Origin: a bacterium
GTDB lineage: Bacteria; SZUA-182; DTGQ01; JAFGSM01
Reading direction: 5' to 3'
Assembly (NCBI GenBank): GCA_049472335.1
Contig: JBLIRO010000001.1
Location: forward strand, 12,225-76,224
DNA: 64,000 nucleotides
Shown here in pieces: positions 30,801 through 40,100 of this stretch. The translations under genes and the position numbers were made by a program. Positions within the stretch are counted from its first letter, which is position 1. The number at the start of each line of letters is the position of its first letter. The notes below the pieces were generated by a model, which was given only the letters and a program-made list of their open reading frames with translations, was not told the DNA's origin and made no database searches.

Positions 30801-32368
30801 GGGTCACTAAAATCCACCGCCCATGACTTCGAGTGATCAACCGTGGGGGGCCTGGGATTGTCGGAGGATATTTCGGGGCTGCAGGATGCCTGTGTGAATT
30901 GGCTGAAATGGCAGTTGCTGCACTTCTCTTTTTCTTTATCTATCCTCCCGTTTATCATAAAAAGATTGGTTTTTCCATTTTCACTCCCTGATCCATGGGG
31001 ATTATGGCATACGATGCAATGAGAATCCCTTGCCTCGTGCTGATATTTACTACTGTGACTCGATTCGCATACAAGGTGCGCATATTTAGCAGGATGACAC
31101 TCCCTGCATTTTTTCCAGACAGAATTAGGAGTAAGGATTTTTTTATTCAGCTCGATCCACCGTTCGTCTTTGTATTTTTGTGTGTCCAGATGTCCATTAT
31201 ATTTTCCTATTGGCAGCCCTGTGGGATAATCACGAGACTCAACACACATAAGTTTCTTGACCGTTGTGTTTGACCAGTGACATTCCCAGCAAAAGTTTTT
31301 ATTTCCATCATTCGGATCCAGATCGAGGTCGTATGACTGGCCGTGTTTTTTATCGGTAACAGGCATGTTTGGGCTGTCCGCAGAGTTTCTATCGGAGAGC
31401 TTTGAGGATCTTTCAGGGGCAGGGTATCCTGTATCAAGCGTAGCGCTTGTGTAAGATGAATTAAACATCGCTCCATGCCCGTTGACAGACCAGTAATTCT
31501 GACCCGGAACCTTATCAGGATCCGGCGCCGTTATGGTGCATTCCTCATATTTCCAGTCGTGATAGAACGTATAATCCTTTTCAATCAACGTTGAATACCT
31601 GCTTACGTATGAGGCATATATCCCTCCGTTCTCCTCAGAGTCATCATGACATTGCAGGCAGGTGACCGTGGCAGGATCGCCCCATTGCAGAATTGACACG
31701 GAATCGGGATCTATATCCGAGGGGCTGCCTATATTCAGATCCCATGCGCGGGAATGTTTCGGATAGAATCCTCCATGACACCTGGTGCATACGAGCGTAT
31801 TTTCCAGTGTCTTTCCGTCTTGAAAGAAGATATTTTCCCCTGTATTATGACCATCCCGGGTTGCTTTATTTGATTGATATTTCGATTTATCATGGCAATC
31901 CAGACACCTTCTCCCCAATCCAAAAGGCTGATACACAAGGTGGGTCAAATGTCCTTTTTTTCTCATTGAATACTGTTTTCTATAACCTAAAGAGGGATTT
32001 GGTCCCGGTTTCCTGACCGGATCATAGGTTAACGAAGAGTAGTCAACAGGAAACCGTCTGCCGTTTTTTAAGGAGGTAAAACAGGAACAGTTTGGTGAAT
32101 CAGGATCATCAGGATCATATGCCAAATCAGGATAGAGATCGGAGTGGCAGGCAAAACACCCTTCATCCTTAAGTGGCTGAAGCAAGAGAGGCCACAATTC
32201 GTCTGTTGTATCGCCCGGTGTATTGCCTGTTGTATAACGTATCCAGCGCTTCCCGTTTCTCTGAACACGGTCAAAGGCAAAGAGAGGGATAGCAGAGTGA
32301 AAAGAAAAAAACAGCAGAAAAAGAATTAAAGAGAGAGTTTTAAAAACCAACTGCTTATAATCACTCAT
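27839..32368 (-). CDS. Giant multiheme c-type cytochrome (about 33 CxxCH motifs), secreted
   Basis: Signal peptide. By my count there are about 33 canonical CxxCH motifs, plus candidate CX4CH (CTNLYCH) and CXCH (CRCH) sites. There is also an internal ~60-aa tandem duplication (…NYTQDW(D/N)EVTGCG(V/A)CH…KTIHENY…). Confidence 0.9.
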   Translation of the reverse strand: MSDYKQLVFKTLSLILFLLFFSFHSAIPLFAFDRVQRNGKRWIRYTTGNTPGDTTDELWPLLLQPLKDEGCFACHSDLYPDLAYDPDDPDSPNCSCFTSLKNGRRFPVDYSSLTYDPVRKPGPNPSLGYRKQYSMRKKGHLTHLVYQPFGLGRRCLDCHDKSKYQSNKATRDGHNTGENIFFQDGKTLENTLVCTRCHGGFYPKHSRAWDLNIGSPSDIDPDSVSILQWGDPATVTCLQCHDDSEENGGIYASYVSRYSTLIEKDYTFYHDWKYEECTITAPDPDKVPGQNYWSVNGHGAMFNSSYTSATLDTGYPAPERSSKLSDRNSADSPNMPVTDKKHGQSYDLDLDPNDGNKNFCWECHWSNTTVKKLMCVESRDYPTGLPIGKYNGHLDTQKYKDERWIELNKKILTPNSVWKKCRECHPAKYAHLVCESSHSSKYQHEARDSHCIVCHNPHGSGSENGKTNLFMINGRIDKEKEKCSNCHFSQFTQASCSPEISSDNPRPPTVDHSKSWAVDFSDPLRLDIRERISPVNSPVIPENSSDICEVCHQGKDKARWTKPGADKDPDIKSEPHRNGARHYFDPDKNPGAPSDVYVIDYRDTDCTGCHVHDPDPPLPLPPYTLEEQRKLDDTVGLYPFNSKAFAPTCRCHGIGRIHIGTFDYEEYRSRGNKPDIAGKGHGTPPPPFSDGKRVKDPHRTHALYNFPCRECHIDPRDISDSSYDPDQEYIFPLDGNIPVRFDPYRNPYGKYNKTTKACTNLYCHSNGKGVYTTVTWNHTWDESVVYCRDPNNPQCKDENGRFNYCSNCHHTPPDMTGTNHSQCTASCDTCHPHNGLYEQKPGFYKHVNGQVEVLARDKIVNTFEPAGCGCCHSDEQKLSFHKLSQLSSLAHQFPAGSCPECHGNEHRKFVICDALQANNQGAVDACCLKCHNQTIIGKPLGGVHDANKHWVHTADKNCTFCHDKVCDIINSNDPNMVKKIKITDPNVIELLSKNPNYGHHINFFKRRNVRIHLNYTQDWDEVTGCGVCHQEQYLTTQKEKEIFRRSKTIHENYDKTNPTAQCGDCHPSTVPKWHCDFTDVTGKTCTICHTTYKKKSNVHLHLHYTQDWNEVTGCGACHHEKYLSDPKEKDRFSRSKTIHENYERSHPSSRCSDCHLRHRRLTHISGITCLGCHTPETDKKVVSGGYLHNKFVLSEGLACIDCHSSSHEAGSILYAEGATQDELEKKCKSCHTSENLSRITVSCKSGRFNHAVRANCLNCHDMFKAKENKLVIEKGHYMLSAKIGNMEQSWTNKDYYSESEDEDNYNDCGVCHGEDRKNPLNPSMKVHDTINSPCNTCHEEHCSMIMGSRNCVVCHANGDVKLPDGQLLHARVPSWVSCTECHHDHGSTASLRGYLLDSRKCRYCHGDPPSINIICNGVEKHGEHPRELADCQICHPGVFSSGKHYLNKGPLNVVEKWEKDPNDCGKNSCCTCHKDELRDHEDYVNSASPYKCSECHGRHCSIIKSTETH

Positions 32369-32470
32369 CTCTCTAACCTACTATAAATCATAATGTTAAG
32401 AATTTACCTTTTAGAAAAATTATAGAGAAGGCCCCTGCCTTTGTCAATATAAATTAAATAAATAAAATAA

Positions 32471-32492
32471 TTGTCAATATAAATATTGACAA
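32471..32492. promoter_or_regulatory. 22-bp perfect palindrome TTGTCAATAT-AA-ATATTGACAA, with an extra half-site copy at 32441-32454, upstream of the multiheme cytochrome gene; candidate operator
   Basis: A perfect inverted repeat lies about 100 nt upstream of the 32368 start. The half-site TTGTCAATATAAAT is repeated 30 nt away. Confidence 0.4.
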
Positions 32493-32695
32493 TTATTTTC
32501 TAAAAACCTTACAAGGAAAAGTATTGACCCGGATAGTTCATTTAAAAAGAAAGTTATAACGCTAAAGGATCAAAATCAGATTGCTTTTAAGCAATATTTA
32601 TCGTAAGATAAAAATATAATAATATGATATTAGAATAAATGAGTATAGTCAAACATATTGTCATCTGATTTATAAAAAATTTAGCCATAAATAAC

Positions 32696-33121
32696 ATGAA
32701 AAAAAATAATACCATAAAACGAATCGTTGATTATTTTAACCACAGGGATGAGGTCTCTGTTTTATATATCTTTGGAAGTTTTGGAAGTCGCAAGGAAACA
32801 AAGGAAAGTGATATTGACATAGCTGTGCTCGTCGATGAAACAAGATTAAAGAAAAAAAATTTCGCTGATCTAAAAAAAGATTATTATTCGGCATCACCAA
32901 CCTTCTCTATGCGACCTGTAGACATTGTAATACTCAATACAGCCCCATCTTTTCTCAAACACCATATTCTTAAAACAGGCAGAATATTATATGAAAAAAA
33001 TAGAAATCTAAGGATAAGCTTTACAACAAAGGCAATAATCGAATATCTCGATTATAAGCCAGTAGAGGACATATGCCTAAAGGCCATAGCCAATCGCTTC
33101 AGGAGATCAGCTATTGGTTGA
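32696..33121 (+). CDS. mntA: MntA-type nucleotidyltransferase antitoxin
   Basis: Contains the GSFGS...ESDIDIAV minimal nucleotidyltransferase motif and overlaps the hepT start. Confidence 0.8.
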   Translation: MKKNNTIKRIVDYFNHRDEVSVLYIFGSFGSRKETKESDIDIAVLVDETRLKKKNFADLKKDYYSASPTFSMRPVDIVILNTAPSFLKHHILKTGRILYEKNRNLRISFTTKAIIEYLDYKPVEDICLKAIANRFRRSAIG

Positions 33122-33533
33122 TAAATCCCTTATTAATAGAAAACTTGAAAGGGTAGAAAGCTATCTTAAACAGATTCGTCTTAAAAAAGACCCCGGGTTC
33201 GATTTGTTTGCAAAGGATGCAGATCTTCAAAGCATAATCCTTTTTAATCTCATCCAGGCAATCCAGACATGCATCGATATCGGGGCACATATAATAAGCG
33301 ACTCGGAATGGGAAACGCCCGGAACATTAGCAGACATATTTGAAATACTCTTCCAGCATAATGTTATTTCAAGAGAACTCACAGAAAAAATGATACAGAT
33401 GGCGGGCTTTAGGAATAGGATAGTTCATGAATATGAAAAAATAGATCTTGAGATAGTGCATACGGTATGGAGAAAAAACCTAGGTGATATCGAAGGATTT
33501 TGCAGGGCTGTGGTGTTAAAATACAATCTGTAG
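33114..33533 (+). CDS. hepT: HepT (DUF86) toxin
   Basis: Contains the Rx4HxY motif (FRNRIVHEY). It has a TTG start that overlaps the mntA stop. Confidence 0.8.
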   Translation: MVDKSLINRKLERVESYLKQIRLKKDPGFDLFAKDADLQSIILFNLIQAIQTCIDIGAHIISDSEWETPGTLADIFEILFQHNVISRELTEKMIQMAGFRNRIVHEYEKIDLEIVHTVWRKNLGDIEGFCRAVVLKYNL

Positions 33534-33581
33534 AGTTAATAAACTGATAATCTGCAATATAAGGGCCTGATGCACCCAGTT

Positions 33582-33839
33582 TTATCCCTCCCCCATTTCT
33601 TTAATAAACTGATGGTATAAACTATCTTTAACCCATAAGCCTGAATCCTTCATCTCTTCAACTATAGTCTTAACCTCTGTAATCAATTCCATAGCTTTTG
33701 CCTCTTTAATGATTCTAATGATTTCTCTATAAACCGCCTCTGGGATTAAAAGCTCATTGATTACCTGCTGCAATAAATCCAGATATCCCGCCCTGGAGAA
33801 GGAAATAATCGGCCCTGAGTCTGAGATAAAGATTTTCAT
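33582..33839 (-). CDS. DUF3368-like PIN-related nucleic-acid-binding protein (toxin-like)
   Basis: The N-terminus MKIFISDSGPIISFSRAGYLDLL... fits DUF3368, and the gene overlaps a UPF0175 partner by 4 nt. Confidence 0.5.
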   Translation of the reverse strand: MKIFISDSGPIISFSRAGYLDLLQQVINELLIPEAVYREIIRIIKEAKAMELITEVKTIVEEMKDSGLWVKDSLYHQFIKEMGEG

Positions 33840-34099
33840 TTTTTAAAAATCTGTTTTGAGAGTTCTTTTTTCAATTCTTTTTCGGTCATCTCAACTACTG
33901 GGATGTCATATTTAGCCATGAGATCAAATAGGTCATGACGGTTTATATCCAGAATTTCAGCAGCCTTGCCTTGGGATATCTTCCCTTTATGGAGAAGCTC
34001 CATCACAGCTCCTTCTTTAGCTTTCATTAATACTTCTTTGTCCCGGAGATCTTTTTCTGAAACCTCTTCAGGAAATTCTAAAACTATTTTCCTGGACAT
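33836..34099 (-). CDS. UPF0175-family protein (antitoxin-like partner of DUF3368)
   Basis: A family-typical segment ...GKISQGKAAEILDINRHDLFDLMAKYDIPVVEMTEKELKKEL. The internal Met (MSRKIV) is the likely start. Confidence 0.5.
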   Translation of the reverse strand: MSRKIVLEFPEEVSEKDLRDKEVLMKAKEGAVMELLHKGKISQGKAAEILDINRHDLFDLMAKYDIPVVEMTEKELKKELSKQIFKK

Positions 34100-34674
34100 A
34101 ATTATTATCCTCCTTCTATTTATCTTTTTTGATAGGGATGACAAATTTTTAGGGTTTATTACTATAATTCCCAATCTCTTAATTTACCCCTTTTATCTTC
34201 CAGTTTAGAAGAGCCAAGAAAAACTGTCAAGATCAAGAGGATTTTATTATCAATGCCTTGTACTTAACAGGATAGGTGATTAGAATTACAGGCCTTTTTT
34301 ATATATTCCCATAAACAGCTAAAATGATCAAAATATCCAAGGTTATCAGGATGATGTTGAATAAATTGTTTTTTTGATCATAATAATAGGGAAATTTATA
34401 AATGAATTTTGTATTATATAACACAATTCTAAAATAGACTTAATTCATGAACAAAGAATAGAGATTCTGAAAAGGATGCATAGGATTCTAAATTAGACTT
34501 TCATAGCTGCAACAGCCTTAGAGAATAATTTGATACTTATTACAAGCAATATCAAACACTTTAAGATAGCAGACGGATTAATTGTTCAAAAACCTTATTA
34601 AAACTTACCTTTTCCCATCCGGATTCCAGCCCCGGGCAGGCCTCGTCAGGGAGGCCGGCCCGGAGCACCTTAAG

Positions 34675-36699
34675 TCAAAAGTGGAGAGCTGTAGATAGCT
34701 GGACTACGCTTACGCTGTCAATCACCGGCCCATAATAGCTGTTAGATCCAATGGCCGTAAACTCGATTGTAGTTGTCGGTCCGGTCGCTGTGAACTGGAA
34801 CGTGAACGGCGTGAACGTCCGGTCCGCCGACCGTCCAACCCGTGATTGTCGTACTGTCTCCCGGAGCAACCCCCATATATCCAGGACCCCGAGCAAAAGT
34901 AATACCACCACCGTTTACAAACACCCCGAGCTCAAAGCTGCCCGCTCCTATACCGTAGGTTGCATCTATAATGTTGGTCGTATGGACAATCTCGGTTATT
35001 GTTGCCGCAAGTCCGGTGGCATCGGAATAAATATTACCGTTCGATCCAACCACAAAATTGACGAATTCTCCATGATTGAGGGTCTGACTAATGCTAAAAC
35101 CCTTCAGGTCGGCGCGTCCGTTGATATAATCCGAGAATATATCCTGCTGCATATTTGCAGTGATATGCACATCAGTAGTGGCATTATCCAGGCCGATAAA
35201 GTAGCCTGTGATGCTGTATGTACCAGTGCGTGATGCAGTGAACCTCAATACAGTCGGAATAGCGCTGTAGCTTGGATCGAAGCGAAGGACATTGGCAGGC
35301 CAGTAATAGTTATCCGAGATGGGCACACCGGTCCAGTCAATAAATGGCCCTCCGGAAGGACTATACCAGCAACCAAAGTTTTGGCTGCTGTCAGAATATG
35401 GAAGCAGGCTGAATGTACTTCCGGTGTAATACCCGTAGGAGAAGGGGGGATTTGGGTTAGAAACACTGGAAAAACCGGTTGTTACGTCAATAGCTGCCCC
35501 TTCAACCACGGCATTCCCCTTTCCCGAATTGTAAAGATATACAAGCTCGGCATCCGTAAGGGCTCTGTTCCAAAAGGCAACCTCATCTATCATGCCATTC
35601 ATTGCAAAGCCCCGAGCGTCACCGTCTTCCCGTTTGCCGAGGAGAAGGGAATTGGCGGAGGGAGTTCCGGCTATGGCGCCTATTGAATTGTTATAGGCAA
35701 CCAGGGTCCCGTCCGAGAACATCTGCAGGTAGCTTCCGGTTCACTGGACAATATATTGGTGACACTGGTTGGTGGCAATATTGAGAACACTGGAATCGAT
35801 ATACGGCCATGCATCGAGGTGAAAGCGAAGTGCATTAGTATGGAGCTTGGTGAGTGTCCATCCAGGGCCGCCAGCACCAGTCAATTTCTCGATGGCCACC
35901 TATTCATTGGCGGTGGTGTTGTAATTCACCCATATCTGGATCGTGAAATCTCCTGATCCAACATCAAAGGCAGTGTCGTTTGCGCTTCTGACTGCATATG
36001 ACCCGGTGCTGCCTGAAAGGGTCAAGCCTGGCCCATGAGCCCGGTTGAGGCAAGCCCTGTTCCGTTAAGGGTGAGGTCTCGCCCATGACCGCTGGAATCA
36101 AGACCGCTTCCATCAAATTGCCAGTAGCCCTGAAGTCCATTGGTCAAGGGAGGGCCAAGGTCTAAAATAGATTGATAAAGCTGACCGATCTCAGCCTGAG
36201 TCATGGCCTTGTCGTGGACACGGACATCATCGATATCTCCTATAAATCCACATATAAAGACACCTGTGTGTAAGAAAACACCGCCCATTATCAAGTCCAC
36301 ACCATTATAGTAAGGTGTTCCGGGCTCTGAGCTGATAAACTGTCCATCGACATACAGACTACCAATAGATCCGTCATTTGTGCCTACTACAAAATGCCAT
36401 TGGTTGTCATCATATGTATAAGGAGTCACTATTCGTGTGCCATCCCGGTTGAAATAGAAATCAAGCCTGTTTGTATTGACTGCCGGGTCCCAGTTACGTC
36501 CAACATCAATAAAATAGCCATTTGTAAAACCAGCGGAATGCTTGCTAATGATCATATATTCGCCGGTGCCAAGAGTGCTGTATCGGACCCATGCCGCCAG
36601 AATGAATCCGCTCGCACCAAAATTGAGGCTCACAGTATTCGCGAGATCCACATAGCCTGATCCATCAAATCTCAGTGCACTTACTATCATTACGCACAT
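34675..36699 (-). pseudogene. Fragmented LamG/concanavalin-A-like domain secreted protein (at least three frames)
   Basis: The ORFs 36699-36022, 35722-34742 and 34911-34675 are consecutive pieces on the minus strand. LamG-like motifs include ALRFDGSGYVDL and ...DEVAFWNRALTDAEL. Confidence 0.45.
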
Positions 36700-37186
36700 T
36701 TAATTTCGAGAAACTATAGGACCAACGCTTGTTTTAGCAGTTGGTCAGGAGCAAAGCAGAAGGCCAATCCGACTCCAAGCAGTTGTACGCTGGGGACTCT
36801 TGGGGGCATCACTCCAGCAGCAGGCGGATGAAGCAACCACCTCCGCCTCCTCCATCGCCTCCGCCTACTCCATTGCCTCCGCCTATTCCATGGCTCCCGC
36901 TGTCGTCGACATCAAAAGAAAATGGCAAATAGGTGCCAAAACCAGCAATATATTGAACAGGAACGAAATCCTCCGGGATTTGAACAGGATACCATTTTAA
37001 ATAATTATATCAGCTTAAGATTAAAGAAAGATTAAAATAAGATTAAAAATTTTTAATCTTATCTTAAATAGAAGTCGTTAGGGGTTTGAGGGTATTTCAG
37101 GGACGTTGTTGAGCAAATTGACAAGCTATTATTTGTCAACTTTGTCAACAACGTCCCCTTTATTTTCTATTTGAAACCCTTGAATC

Positions 37187-40100
37187 CTACTGCACAGTTA
37201 TAAATTCACTGGCTGAATGGCTGTTGAACTCAGGCGCGTACATACACTGAATCGAGGCCATCCCCATCTGATACTCCCCTTTATGCTGTATCCTCAGAGC
37301 ATACTCAAATACATATGTTCCCTTGGGAAGATAATCAATGAAGAAATGGGTGGCCGTGTCCCTTGTGGACTCATAATATGCAAGCCCATCCTGATATTTA
37401 TATTGAGAGAGTACATTGACCGGCTCGGTTCCGGACCCTCTGTAATCCTTCATGTGAACGTACTCCATATCCCTGTCCGACCGCAATATTATCCTGACGA
37501 TAATCTTATCCCCCACGGCAAGATTGCCCTGAACCGGCTCTATCACAGGGCCTTGTGTGGTCTGTCTTTCCACATAGAGGGATTTTTCCAGTTGAAGCGG
37601 CGTATCTTCATGCGGGGTAACCTTGCTCATATCTTCAAGATACTGCCAATGGAGGCTGCCCCAGGCAATCCCATCATCGAGCTTCTCTACGGTGACCTGG
37701 CCGTAATCGGACAGGACCTCTTCCCTGATAAACTTCTTCTCATAGAACCCTGTGCCCGCTTCGGTGGTCTCAGGGACTATCAACATATCTCCCAGGGTCA
37801 CATTAACCAGTTGATCAGAGGCGAGTAGGTTTTCACCCCTCAGCAGGAGTGCATAGACTGCATCGGCAGTAGCTTTGGAGGTCTTCCAGTTCTGGGTTTG
37901 CTTCTGCTTTAGCAGCCATACCTTTAGATCCTCTACTGCTGTCTGGTCATCAGCCACTTCATCAAATGCCTCTATCATCACTGCCTGGGTTTCTATGGGG
38001 GCATGGAACCACCACCAGGAAAGCTCCAGGTCCCTCCAGAACATGCCCAACTCCTCATCGCTGACTGAGCGTTCCTTCAGGGAGGCCATTATTTTGTTGG
38101 CTGTCACCGGATCATTAAACCTGTTACAGGCCAGAGCCAGGTGTCCCTGGGATAGTCTCGAGTTTAGATCAAGCCAGTATACTGCTGCCTGACCCAGGAA
38201 ATAATAGACCGCTTCCTGACAGTCATCAGGAATAGGCTGGATATCCTTGTAAAAGGATCTTCCGTAAAGATACATGGCAATGATGCTGGTGAGGTTGTTC
38301 AGCTCAGGGTGCCCATACTGTTTGATTTTCTCATATCTATCTTTGATGGAATTATCCAGATAATCAAGGCTTCTTATGGCCAAATCCTGTTGAATATCGA
38401 TATTCATATGCCGTAAGCGGCCGAAACCTGTCATGATATATAATGTCATATAGAAATTAGCCGGTCCGCCGGGGAACCAGGACCATGCCCCGTCCGAACG
38501 CTGCATCTGGGAAAGTTTGTAATAGGCGCTGGAAAGGGACGTCTCCATCTGATCTTCATCAAAGAGCAGGCCCACACGTCTTTTGGCCTCCGATTCACTT
38601 TCTGCGGCCCTGACCCAGGGGGTCTCCTCCAGGAGAACAGACTTTAGTTCCTCATTCTTTTCCAGATTGGAATCCAATGCATCGGTTTCCCGCCATTGAT
38701 CAAAGACACTTTTAATTTCAGGGTCCGAATTGGCAATATGCCTGGCTAGGGCATTGGCGTAAAGCCGGTTGAAGGCACTTGTTGAACATTCATGCTGATA
38801 TTCTATCAAGTATGGCAGGCTCTGCACCGCATACCAGGCCGGATTGCTTACCATCTGCAGTGTAAGGGCTTGATGCTCCAATGTGTCTGATGCATCCGAT
38901 TCAAGAAGCTTGTCAAAACTGAATATCTTGGTCTGGGCCCCACGAATGGGTAACGGGAGCGATTCGGTCACAAAAATTCTGTTTGAAAGCACCGGCAGGC
39001 AGGCTTCCTCACCGTCAGAGAGCGTTCCTGTGGAGGCTACAACCCTGTGGGTTAGAGCGCCTGTAAAGTCGTCCGGGACCTCGATCTCCCAGTAATAGGA
39101 CCGGGAGCTGTTTGCCGGCACGGAAAAAGACTGATCTGGCTGGCCAATTTGAAATTCATTATCCAGAGATTGCCCGGTAGAGGCATCCGACAGGGTCAAC
39201 CTGATAGTCCCGTTTAGTCCCTGATCAGATATATTAGTCACCTTGGCTGAGAATAAAAGGATATCCCCTTCTCTAAAAAAACGGGGAGGATTGGGCTGCA
39301 CCATCAAATCCTTTTTAGTCACGGTCTCTTCGGAAAGCATTCCCCAGAGCAGGTCTCTGGCATGGGCAAAACCCATAAATTTCCAGGTTGTCAATGCCTC
39401 GGGTATGGTGAATGTAATGGAGACCCGGCCCTCTTCATCTGTAAGCAGGTGAGGGAAAAAGAAGGCTGTCTCATCCAGGTTTGTTCTGGCTGAAACCTGA
39501 GAAAGGTCTATCTCCTCCTCAGGCTCTTCAACAGAACCTGCTGTTTCACCTCCATATGCGGGGGGGGCTGGTGTCTTATCTGCACCATCAGCGTCTTGTG
39601 CACTGTTATATGAGTACGATGAGTACGATTCTGAATACCCGTACATTCCTCCACCATAACCATAATAATAGCCCGGATATCCATAATTGCCATAGTTCTG
39701 AATAACGTCATCAGGAAATCGGGTATAGGTCCTGCTAATATAACCTGAGACATATTCGTTCCACTCATATGTCCGGCTCCTGGGATAACTGACATTATTA
39801 GCAAACCAGATTGAGAGGCTGCTGTAATCCTGTCTGAAGATAGACCCAAGTCCGGACCAGTTGTGGATTTGAAATAGATCGAGGGAGGAATCATACAGGG
39901 TAGCCACCATTTCTGCGGCCACATGTTCCGCCTCAGATCCCTTGATCTGGATTGTCCAGGTTTCTTCAGCCCCGGGGTCAAGCTTCGACCTGAAGGAAGA
40001 AAAGCTTACTTCAAGGTCCTTATTTGTCCAGGGGACATCTATGCGTTCTTCCGAAATATAGGCGCGGTTGTCATGCACCTGAGTTATATGCAGGAAGAAT

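Noticed and set aside
27937-32329. Many 60-125 aa ORFs in the track inside or antisense to the multiheme cytochrome gene (for example 27937-28314, 28346-28636, 29909-30214, 30091-30450)
   Set aside because: They overlap a confidently called 1509-aa gene, lack an RBS, and have skewed composition caused by the Cys/His-rich sense strand. They are spurious.
36741-36932. 63-aa polyproline ORF (…PPPPPPSPPPTPLPPPIP…)
   Set aside because: It is produced by a GGN/GCN DNA repeat that more plausibly encodes a Gly-rich segment on the other strand. There is no RBS or start context.
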